The notes under the pieces are model-generated. The model worked only from the letters and a program-made list of their open reading frames with translations, was not told the DNA's origin and did no database searches. A DNA stretch of 64,000 nt from a virus, in the IMG/VR virus record IMGVR_UViG_3300007735_000783, positions 6,877 through 70,876 of that record; one strand, 5' to 3'. A program made the position numbers and the translations under genes. Below are positions 1-9,300 of this stretch, piece after piece. How positions within the stretch are numbered: the stretch's first letter is position 1; every line of letters begins with the position of its first letter.

Positions 1-327
1 TTTAGGCCCCTTCTCAAGGTATGGTAGGCGACCTTCCTCTTGAGAGCAGGTGACAGATACTGAAATGAACGATCCTAATGGATATTCTTCATTTGCCACA
101 GAGTTTTCTTGTGCTGTGCATACCCGAGAATATTCAGATAGTTTTTCTTGAGTGTTCTGTTTAGCCAGTTCAAGAATTTTAGCGTCTGCTTGAATGAGCC
201 TAATTTCTTGTTCCGTCAAAGTATTTGCAATTCCGCCTACTGCTTGATTAGCAACTTCTTCAGCATACTTTTTTGCTAGAAACAAATATGCTTTGTTTTG
301 CGAATCAATGTACTCTTCATTGCTCAT
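1..327 (-). CDS. Hypothetical protein, truncated by the window edge (MSNEEYIDSQNKAYLFLAKKYAEEV...EKGPK)
   Basis: Manual translation: ATG at 327-325, open for 109 codons to position 1; absent from the ORF track because no stop lies in the window. Confidence 0.7.
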   Translation of the reverse strand, partial: MSNEEYIDSQNKAYLFLAKKYAEEVANQAVGGIANTLTEQEIRLIQADAKILELAKQNTQEKLSEYSRVCTAQENSVANEEYPLGSFISVSVTCSQEEGRLPYLEKGPK

Positions 328-344
328 AATAAATGTTTATATTA

Positions 345-1301
345 TTATCTAAGTTCCATCCAAGAACCATTTGGTGATAATGGGAAAGAACCAAAAGTTA
401 TTTTATAAACGCCACTAATAGGAACAACAAATGATGGCGGTTCAACTGAGGAAGCATTGTTGTAAATTGTCACCAAAGATGACGCATTAGCACCAACAGA
501 AATTGCCACAGAAGTTGAACTATTTGGCTTAACCATTACTTGAATTGGTCTACCTGTGGTATTAGTATAATTTGTATTGTTTGCCCTTGATCCCAACATA
601 TCAGTCCATACTTGATTGCTTGATCCTAATGAGTTTGCATCAATAATTACACGATTCACTACTTCTGTTACTGCGGTTACACCAGTTCCAATAATTTTAT
701 TGAAAGATTCTGTGCTGTTGGATCCTGTTACAGACGCACCATTTTTTCCTTCAATTATAAAATAGCCATTATCTGCACCATACAAAAATGGTATAAATTT
801 TGCTGTTAGATTTGGGGCAACAGGATCGGTGTATGATGCCGAAGCACCTGTAACTGCTCCAGGCACACCTACTTTAAGAAACATTCCAGTTGTAGCAATA
901 TTAATTGTGCTTATTTGTGAGTTTGTGTAAGCCTGTGCAGATGCTAGTGTAGCATTATCGGCAGTATCAACATAAGTACGATTTGTTAAAGAATCTAAAG
1001 TGCCGGGAAGTTGTGAGCATTGGGGTGCAAGAGTAAATGTTTTTGTTCCGGTTATAGTTTCAGATACCGCATTTACTTTATCAACATAATTTGTTTGGGC
1101 TAAATTGGCATAGTATTGATCTTGAGTGTTTACATATAGAGCATTAACACCAATCCCGCTAGCAGTTAAAATGCTATCAACATACTGCTTGTTGGTTAAA
1201 TCGTTAGGATTAGCGGGAGGAACATTACATTTAATTGTAGAATTTGATACAATAGAACTTCCAGATTGCGCTTCTATGGTGTTTACTTTTAAGTTTGACA
1301 T
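345..1301 (-). CDS. Tail fibre-like protein (MSxLKVNxI family)
   Basis: N-terminal MSNLKVNTI; repeated P..xDLTNKxYVD fibre motifs; C-terminal QVWTD..SRANNTNYTNTTGRPIQV...WMELR domain typical of phage fibre tips. Confidence 0.65.
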   Translation of the reverse strand: MSNLKVNTIEAQSGSSIVSNSTIKCNVPPANPNDLTNKQYVDSILTASGIGVNALYVNTQDQYYANLAQTNYVDKVNAVSETITGTKTFTLAPQCSQLPGTLDSLTNRTYVDTADNATLASAQAYTNSQISTINIATTGMFLKVGVPGAVTGASASYTDPVAPNLTAKFIPFLYGADNGYFIIEGKNGASVTGSNSTESFNKIIGTGVTAVTEVVNRVIIDANSLGSSNQVWTDMLGSRANNTNYTNTTGRPIQVMVKPNSSTSVAISVGANASSLVTIYNNASSVEPPSFVVPISGVYKITFGSFPLSPNGSWMELR

Positions 1302-1323
1302 AAACTATTCCTTTTGAATCTTT

Positions 1324-1330
1324 TATTTAG
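1324..1330 (-). promoter_or_regulatory. T4-type late promoter (CTAAATA)
   Basis: Reverse complement CTAAATA in the gap ~23 nt upstream of the 1301 start; same motif precedes many structural genes here. Confidence 0.6.
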
Positions 1331-1332
1331 CG

Positions 1333-2259
1333 TTAGCGAACTATACTGTCTACATCAAGTGGTCTAATGGCAAATCCGAACAAATCGTATGTGCCAGACA
1401 ACTTTGCGGGTATAGTATTTTTTATAGTATCGTTCGTTAGTGTCCATACACCAGATGAATCTATTGGAAAATGTGCTTCCTCGTTATCACTACACGAACA
1501 ACTTCTTTGTGATCTTGAGAATCCTATCACAAGCCATTTTCCTGTAAGCAATTCGTTGTATGCTCCTTGATTGTATGCACCAGGAAGAGTTTGACATCCA
1601 CAGCAACATTCTTCCCCCTTACCCCAAAGTCCCAACTTAACAAAAAAATTGTTGGAGGTACGCTTACCCATTTTTATTCCACCATTATCAAGAGTGCCAA
1701 ATGTAGACCATGTTTTTAAGGTGGTTGTATTCAATATCCATTGTTTAAACAGATTCAAATTTATTAGTTCATCATCATTTCTGGCTATTCCACCACATGA
1801 TGGCATGTAAGAATAATCAAAATTTGCTTGTCCTACAAATCCTGCGGTTCCACCAAAAACTGCTTTAGAAATTAATTCAGCATTGCTATTTGATAGAAAA
1901 ATACCACCAGTAGCAGAACTAGCATCCGTCATAATTGGGCCTGTGATACCCGATTCTAACGAAATAATTTTATCGGCTGTAGAAGATACGCAAGCCCGTT
2001 TTACACCGGCTTTATCTGCAAATTGAAGAACCGAAGGCAATCTAGTAAATGTGTTTGGTGTTCCAGACGGGGCTTTAATCTTAACGCCAAAGTTTTCGCT
2101 TGTAACCGTAACTACTTCCGCTGAACTGTTTACTACAGAAACATGTCCTAAAATATTTAATCCATCACTTGTAGGATTAGTATTAACACCAACAGGACTG
2201 TTTATTTTTATTCCTGCTGTTCCTAAACCGCTTATAGAATTCACATTCGCTTCAGACAT
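1333..2259 (-). CDS. Fibre-like structural protein (MSxLKVNxI family) with Cys-rich C-terminal domain
   Basis: MSEANVNSI start; clear paralog of 2279..3124 (GIKINSPxGVNTNP, RxCSCxDNE..HFPID). Confidence 0.55.
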   Translation of the reverse strand: MSEANVNSISGLGTAGIKINSPVGVNTNPTSDGLNILGHVSVVNSSAEVVTVTSENFGVKIKAPSGTPNTFTRLPSVLQFADKAGVKRACVSSTADKIISLESGITGPIMTDASSATGGIFLSNSNAELISKAVFGGTAGFVGQANFDYSYMPSCGGIARNDDELINLNLFKQWILNTTTLKTWSTFGTLDNGGIKMGKRTSNNFFVKLGLWGKGEECCCGCQTLPGAYNQGAYNELLTGKWLVIGFSRSQRSCSCSDNEEAHFPIDSSGVWTLTNDTIKNTIPAKLSGTYDLFGFAIRPLDVDSIVR

Positions 2260-2278
2260 TATTGATTTTCCTTTATAC

Positions 2279-3124
2279 TCAAACTATTCTTATTGCTATG
2301 CCAAATGCATTATAAGCACTACCAAGATTGGCTATAATTGTATTCTGAACAGTTTGTGCGTAGTCGCCACTAATAATCCAAACTTTAGACTTATCTATTG
2401 GGAAGTGAAATTGTTCGTTATCATAACAAGAGCAACCTCTTTGACCGTAAGAGAATCCAACAATCAGCCAACTTCCAGACTGCTGCTCGGCATAACAACC
2501 GATGGCAGTATTTGAATTTACCCCATTTATATTGCCTACTCCTTTATAGTGGGTGCAACATCCTTGAAATCCTGCATTATTAACATCTCCAAACACAGAC
2601 CAAGTTTTTACGGTTGTATCGTTTAGAACATATCTCTTCAAGTATGCAAGATTTACTAAATGCTCATCACGATATGGAACACCAGAACATGTTGGTATAG
2701 CAGTTGAACTAAAAGTTGTGTTGTTATTAAACTGTGTTATTCCTTTAAAGGTGGTTGGCTTATTGAATTGTGCTTGTTGTTGTATTTGAAATACTCCACC
2801 ACCAGACATTACAGCGGCAGTTGCTCCTCCTGCTTTGAAGATTAAATCATTTGATGAGTTGGAAGAAATTGTGGCTCGTTCTGTTCCATCATAGTTAGAA
2901 AACTGTAAAACTGAATTAGCATTTGTAGCAGGGGCTTTAATCTTAATACCATAGTTTGATCCTGCAACAGTAACAACTTCCAGATTGTTATCAATCACAT
3001 TTAGTTTGCCGCTAATTTGCATACCACTAGCGGGAGGATTTGTATTAACGCCAATAGGACTGTTTATTTTTATTCCTGTTGCTGGAGCAATTGGCGATAT
3101 TGTGTTTACTTTTAATTCTGACAT
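2279..3124 (-). CDS. Fibre-like structural protein (MSxLKVNxI family) with Cys-rich C-terminal domain
   Basis: MSELKVNTI start; paralog of 1333..2259. Confidence 0.55.
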   Translation of the reverse strand: MSELKVNTISPIAPATGIKINSPIGVNTNPPASGMQISGKLNVIDNNLEVVTVAGSNYGIKIKAPATNANSVLQFSNYDGTERATISSNSSNDLIFKAGGATAAVMSGGGVFQIQQQAQFNKPTTFKGITQFNNNTTFSSTAIPTCSGVPYRDEHLVNLAYLKRYVLNDTTVKTWSVFGDVNNAGFQGCCTHYKGVGNINGVNSNTAIGCYAEQQSGSWLIVGFSYGQRGCSCYDNEQFHFPIDKSKVWIISGDYAQTVQNTIIANLGSAYNAFGIAIRIV

Positions 3125-3134
3125 GTTTAATCCT

Positions 3135-3641
3135 TTATACTTTAATTATATAAGTTAGAGTCCAAGTTCCATTATATGGTGTTGTAGTGTTGCAGCCGCC
3201 TTCAAATGAAAGTTGTCCTGTTATGGTATTTACTGTTCTAAAATCGGGTGTTCCGTTACTTCCGTCGCAATAATAAAATCCAGTTGGTGCTGCTGGAAAG
3301 TCCACGATGTTTGATGAACATCCATCATAATATCCCGGAACGAGATATCTAAAAATAGAATTTGTTGGAATTCCTGTTTGTATAACAGGGCAGTTATACT
3401 GAAAAGTTTTCCATCTTGCTGGTTCTTTAGGATCGCCTGATGAGGAAACCATTTCAAAGGTTCCTCCTGAGGTATTTCCAGTTTGAGTTCCCAACAATAA
3501 TGCTCCTAAAAATTTAATAGCACCATAATCAGTAACTTCAAATTGTCCTTTTGTTTCGTCACCAATAACAACACCAGTTCCTATGGTTATGTTTTGTCCA
3601 GGAATATTTGAAGTTATTTTATTTACTCTTAATTCTGACAT
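3135..3641 (-). CDS. Small fibre protein with tail-collar-like motif
   Basis: MSELRVNKI start; PTGFYYCDGSNGTPDFR and terminal LTYIIKV are tail-collar-type motifs. Confidence 0.6.
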   Translation of the reverse strand: MSELRVNKITSNIPGQNITIGTGVVIGDETKGQFEVTDYGAIKFLGALLLGTQTGNTSGGTFEMVSSSGDPKEPARWKTFQYNCPVIQTGIPTNSIFRYLVPGYYDGCSSNIVDFPAAPTGFYYCDGSNGTPDFRTVNTITGQLSFEGGCNTTTPYNGTWTLTYIIKV

Positions 3642-3650
3642 TGGTGTTAA

Positions 3651-5375
3651 TTAAACCTTTTGTATGTAAGTTAATTGTCCACTAATTAACCCATTCCTAT
3701 TTGTTGGTGTGTTACCACATCCATCGTTGTTATCTACTGGTGGCCAATCTAATTTTAATGTGTTTGGGTTAACCCAATTTTTCATGTTTGGAGTTCCGTT
3801 TTTCCCATCACAATACACCCATCCTGTTGGAGGACTAGGTGGAGTATCTATAGAGGTTGAGTTACCACATGGTGTGTTTCTCAAAGATGTGTATCCTGCT
3901 CTCAACCATTGAGTAACAGTATTTTGTGGAGCAACTAAAACTTCCTCACCAATACCATAAAAAGTTTGTCCTTGTATTGCTCCAATTTTTGTCCAAAGAA
4001 TACTTTGACCGTAAGGAGCAATAGTTGGAGTATAATATGTTATTGAAGGTTTACCAAATTCACCATTTGCTGTTCCTGTTCCAATCAACCAAAGAGTTCC
4101 ATTACTTTTTAAAGCCCATGCTCCGTAATCATTAGAAACCACATCCAACCAATCTGTGTCGGTTCCTATTTGTGTAGGTGTTCTAACTACAAAATTTTGT
4201 GCGTAATTTGAACCAAGACCCAAATACTGACCGCTACTATTAGGCCCCCACGCCCAAAGAGTTCCATTTTGTTTTAATGCAAATACACTAATTCCCTCAA
4301 CAACCTTTTTCCAACTACCAGTATCAATTTTCTTTGGAGTTGATTGAATACCCGTTGTTCTTCCATCTCCCATTTTATCTACTGTTCCCCACGACCATAA
4401 AGAACCGTCAGTTTTTATTCCCTTTGTTCTACTAACATAAACCCAATCTGTATCTGTTCCTACTTGAGTTAGAGTTCTAATAGTTGTCGTGCTTGTTCCA
4501 ACACCACAGTCATAAAAAATACTATTATATCCCCAAGCCCAAAGAGTTCCGTTTGTTTTTATTGCTCTAGTTGAAACTGGACTTAAAAATTTCCAATTTG
4601 TATCAGTTCCTATACGAACAGGTTCTTTAGATTGCCAACCATTATTTAATGCGAGTGCGGGATTACCAAATTCTCCGAAAGCATTTGCTCCCCAAACCCA
4701 AAGAGTTCCATCCGATTGTAATCCTAAAGAGGTGCTTAATGATCTTGTAACAGATATCCATTTATCTGATCCAGTAGTTTCTTGTATTGGAGCATCCCAA
4801 GAAGATCCTGAAATTTGTGATGATGTGTTAGTCCATATTCCTTTTCCCACACCCAATTGACCTGCACTATAATCTCCCCATGCCCAAAGAGTTCCATCGT
4901 CCTGTATTGCCATAGGACCAGATTCGCATATAATTTTCCAGTTTTTGTTAGGTCCTGTAGATTTACCAATACCCACTTGTGCTAAAACTGTTGAACTTCC
5001 ACCATTTGACAAATTTGACCAATTTTGTTGTGCTCCAACGCCTCTGCCTAATTGATAAGTATAATTGGAGCCTATAGCCCATGTGGAACCTAAAGTTGGT
5101 AGCGGAGGACAATTAACAGAAGGAACATCACTCCACTTAGGTGGTAGATAAGGTCCTCTTGATATAAGAACTTGATTTATATTTCCTGATGAAGTTTGTG
5201 TTAAAGAACCAATATTCAGAGGAGCAAACAATTCAATTTGTCCAGTTTGGTTTACTCCAAATGATTGCTGTCTATCTGAAAGTCTAGTTTCATCATTAAC
5301 TGCTATTCCAGAATCAATTGTTACCTTTACAGGGTTTAGTGCTGGTTTTATTTTGTTTACTTTGATTTCAGACAT
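3651..5375 (-). CDS. RCC1/BLIP-II repeat beta-propeller fibre protein with tail-collar-like C-terminus
   Basis: Repeated AIKxDGTLWAWGxN..GxxG....PxQIGTDTDW units; PTGWVYCDGKNGTPNM; ends LTYIQKV. Confidence 0.75.
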   Translation of the reverse strand: MSEIKVNKIKPALNPVKVTIDSGIAVNDETRLSDRQQSFGVNQTGQIELFAPLNIGSLTQTSSGNINQVLISRGPYLPPKWSDVPSVNCPPLPTLGSTWAIGSNYTYQLGRGVGAQQNWSNLSNGGSSTVLAQVGIGKSTGPNKNWKIICESGPMAIQDDGTLWAWGDYSAGQLGVGKGIWTNTSSQISGSSWDAPIQETTGSDKWISVTRSLSTSLGLQSDGTLWVWGANAFGEFGNPALALNNGWQSKEPVRIGTDTNWKFLSPVSTRAIKTNGTLWAWGYNSIFYDCGVGTSTTTIRTLTQVGTDTDWVYVSRTKGIKTDGSLWSWGTVDKMGDGRTTGIQSTPKKIDTGSWKKVVEGISVFALKQNGTLWAWGPNSSGQYLGLGSNYAQNFVVRTPTQIGTDTDWLDVVSNDYGAWALKSNGTLWLIGTGTANGEFGKPSITYYTPTIAPYGQSILWTKIGAIQGQTFYGIGEEVLVAPQNTVTQWLRAGYTSLRNTPCGNSTSIDTPPSPPTGWVYCDGKNGTPNMKNWVNPNTLKLDWPPVDNNDGCGNTPTNRNGLISGQLTYIQKV

Positions 5376-5376
5376 A

Positions 5377-6306
5377 TTAGATTTTCTTAATGAAGGCTAA
5401 AGATTTTGTATACTGAGCAGTATTTGACCAATCAATATTTGAAGTTCCACCAGAAAACATTTGGGCTTGAACACTATTTGCTGGTACTGCGTTTACAGTA
5501 AACATTGTACCTGCGGTGCTGTCCTTAAATTTAATGTATCCTCCTACTGCAAAATCTTGTGGGAGACCTGATATAAATTCGCCTGGATTTGCAGCATCAC
5601 CAGCAGTTCCTCCGCCTATTATAACAATCGCTTTCTGATGAAGAGGAACTCCTGTTGGTTTGCCTGAAGCCCCAACAGTTGTGGGACCAGTTATTCCTCT
5701 CAATATGCCTACTGTTGGTGCTCCCCAAGTTACTCCTGCCGAAGTTGCAGCATAGAACACTCGTTTGTTTAACGGAAGAGTACCGTATAACGCTCTTATA
5801 TCCGGAGTAGCCCCTGTTATTTCAATAGTTGCAAGAATATCTGAATCTGCAAGCAACTGCCAATTTTTTGCTCCTGTTGCTGATTTAGGATTAACAACAC
5901 GCAAATCTGGTGTGTTGTTGGTTCCATCACAGTATATCCATGCAGGAGCACCATTTACTGTTGGAGCAGCAGGAAGCGCAGTTGTAGTAGCAAATCCATT
6001 CCATCCAGTAAGAACTAAAGGAAATATTTCATTTGATGCTATAACTTCTGCACTTGGAATTGGAAGAGGCTTCCAAACTGGTGGCATTGTTGCACCATTT
6101 CCAAAAAGAATGTCTCCCGAATTTCCTGGTGAATTGTCTTGATAGGTTCCTGCGTATACGGGGCCTAAAATTCTTATACCACCGGTTTTTGATGCGCTGA
6201 ATGTTTCACCGACTCCAGAAGAATCTGTAATTAGAATTTCAGGCCCTAAAACAACAGGAGCCCCGCTAATAGATTTAATTTTATCTATCTGTAGTTCCGA
6301 CACCAC
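5377..6306 (-). CDS. Small fibre protein with tail-collar-like motif
   Basis: (V)SELQIDKI start; WIYCDGTNNTPDLR; ends LAFIKKI. Confidence 0.55.
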   Translation of the reverse strand: MVSELQIDKIKSISGAPVVLGPEILITDSSGVGETFSASKTGGIRILGPVYAGTYQDNSPGNSGDILFGNGATMPPVWKPLPIPSAEVIASNEIFPLVLTGWNGFATTTALPAAPTVNGAPAWIYCDGTNNTPDLRVVNPKSATGAKNWQLLADSDILATIEITGATPDIRALYGTLPLNKRVFYAATSAGVTWGAPTVGILRGITGPTTVGASGKPTGVPLHQKAIVIIGGGTAGDAANPGEFISGLPQDFAVGGYIKFKDSTAGTMFTVNAVPANSVQAQMFSGGTSNIDWSNTAQYTKSLAFIKKI

Positions 6307-6311
6307 TCACC

Positions 6312-9300
6312 TCACAAAATTTTCCATGTAAAACCAGTTTGAATATCTACGCGATTTCCTTGTAATATAGTTATGCCAGTTCCAGGATCAACAGTATAAA
6401 TTCCATTTGGGTTTTCTGGGAATATGCTGTTACTCATGCTCAATCCTACCCCAATTGTGGTCAATCCTGTTGAATTGAACATACCACCTATAAACATTCC
6501 TTGCGTTGGAACTGTATTCCAAGCAGGAGCAGAATTTGTTGTATTTCCATCGTAAAGACTTGGGCCAACTTTGATACCTGAGCCACGAACATCAAGTGAC
6601 ATGGTTGGATTATTAGTTCTAATACCAACCATACCACCTGTGATTCCTGTACCACCAGTGATGCAAATTCCCCAATTTCTCAAAACTCCAGTTGCTCCAC
6701 CAACATTCAAACGAAGATTTAAATCAACGCCTGTTACAATGCTCACATCATTAGAATTTAAAATACGAAGATCGTAGTACTCTGAAGTTGCACCTGTAAT
6801 GGTTGATGCAAACGGAGAAACCATATCAATGACGCTTACTCCAGCACCTCCCATCTTGATCTTGCTCCATCCATATGGATTTTCAATTTCAAGATTTGTG
6901 GCGTTAGAAGCAGAAGAAGTTGAGTAGAATTTATACTGTCCGTCGCTAGAGAAAGTTATACCTGCTACTCCAGTATGAACATCTCCGGTTTCACGAGACA
7001 AGGCTTGAATATTGTAACGAGCATTATTTCGGTTTTGGGCTGTATAACCAGAACCCACATGAAGTAGTGATTGACCTGTAAGATCAAATCGTACATATCT
7101 ATCGTCATGGTTATGTCCTGATAGAATTAGTGCGTTAACTTCTGGTGTGGCTCTGATAATATAATTTGTAACAATGCCAGGTGCGTACTTGTAGCCAGTT
7201 ACGCCTGCTGATCCTGTTACACCACCGAAGGTATCTCCACCGAGAGGGCTTGGATATCCACCGCTAATTGAGTATCCTAAAGAATCCACCAAATCACCCA
7301 CAGCCATTTGTGCGCCGTTGTCGTATTGATTACTACCTTCTCCTGCACCGTAAACAGTTCGGCTTCGTATATCAGGCAGAATAGTAGTTCCCCAAATACT
7401 TAGTGCATCGGTTCTGTGTCTACCGTATAGTCTTACTGAATAATCTTTGTCAGACTTTACTGAATTCAACAGAGTGACAAAATCATCTCGGGTATATCCT
7501 GCTTGAACCGCAGTATTTCTTAGAGCAATTGCTAGTTCGTATGAACCGTTAATAGACCATACTCTAGCGTCTCTTTCGGTTACAATTGATTTGGTTACAT
7601 TTGAGTAAATAGCGAGTTTAATCAAATCGCCTTGAGAAAGAACAGGATTAGCGGATACCGAGAATCCTCTTGTGCCTCCCTTGATGAACATTGTTACTAG
7701 TGAATCGTTTTGACCCGACACTATACCGTCTTCATCGTTGAAGTTTTGACTAGAAGTACTTGTAACCTTAACATCAGCATAATATCTTTGATTGTCTGTG
7801 GAATTGCCGGTTAGACCAATTACTTTGTATAGTTCAGGATATTGACCTGGACGAATTACTCCACCGTTACAAACTATCCAAGAATCTGAAAGCAAATTCA
7901 AATCGCCAGAATATGGAACAATGGTTCCTACTGGAACAAGACCCTTGGCGTATATTTGATCGGTTGATGTTCCACCAACCAAGAATCCTGGTTGCGACAT
8001 TACAATACCAGTTGCCTTACGATCACTTACTGAACCAGTTATTGCAACTGGCATGAACATTGTTTTCTCTATGTAAAATGGTTCATCGCCGTAATTTGTT
8101 GTTAAACCACCGTTTGCAGCCAACAACAAAGAAATACCAGGCTTGATGTCCGGAGGAACAGGAATAGTAGCCAAACCACTATTAACATATACGAATTGAT
8201 TAGCATCTATAACTTCAACAACAATACCAACTGCTTCTGCAAGTTCATTTGAGAATGGACTAGCAACAATATACTTGGCTGCTGTTGGTCCCATTACGCT
8301 GCCAACTTCTCGGATAATACAATTGCCGTTTGTTAATCCGTGAGCGGTTTGATATACACGAATGCGATTAGAATCCGCTTCCAACCAATTTGCATTTATT
8401 CTACCGCGATTATCTGATATTGGTATACTATAAGCAGTTGATCCTGGATTACCTTCATTAGGTTCACCAATGTTTCCATAAGGAGTTCCTGTGGTTGCTC
8501 CTGCACCGTCTAGGAAATCTGCATTGAATCCCTTGGCAAACATATTTGAAGTTCCACCAACAGATTGTGTGAAACCATGTGGACCAGTAGTTAAACCGTA
8601 GATTGTGGATAAAGTATATTCCGAACCGGATGTGGTGGAATCATTCTTTAGAAGAAGTGGAGATCCTGCAAGGTTATGTGCATATGACCATGCCCATCTT
8701 CCTGCTTGATCGTGACCTAATCTTAATGTAACATGACCGCTCTGACCAGATACGCCATAGAAATTAAATTCGTTTAATCCGTCTCCTTGAAGACAAACAT
8801 TTCTATAGTTTCTAGCGGTTATAAATCCTAGAGAAGTGTCTACACCAAGATTCTTGTCTGATATCCAAGCCTTGCTGCAATTCTCCCAGGTAAAATACTT
8901 GTCTCCGCTTAGTCCTTTGATAATTATTCCTGCACCATCAAGATCATTATCATTGAAGAAGTTTGTTGTTGCACCATTTGCCGATAGAACCGAGAATGTA
9001 GCACCTGTTACCGATACAAATCGTACAATACCTGCGGTTTGGAAATCGTCAGGATTGCCTGCCGAGAAAATTGAACCGATAGACACTTGTGCGGTCAGTC
9101 CGTTAGCAGGACCCGTAATGCTCTTAACAACACCGATGGTTGATGAGGTAGTGCCTGGACTATTTGCCACATCATCGTAAAATGCTGAAGCACCAACAAT
9201 TCCTATCTGATACAACTGCTTGATACTTGCAGAAGGGCCTGTAATTGTAATTAAACCAGATTTTTGATAAGCAAGATTTAAATTCTTACTTTCTACAACA

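Noticed and set aside
3950-5060. Repeats in the RCC1 gene as a diversity-generating retroelement target or CRISPR-like array
   Set aside because: The repeats are degenerate protein-level propeller blades; no reverse transcriptase, no near-identical TR/VR pair and no repeat-spacer structure are visible
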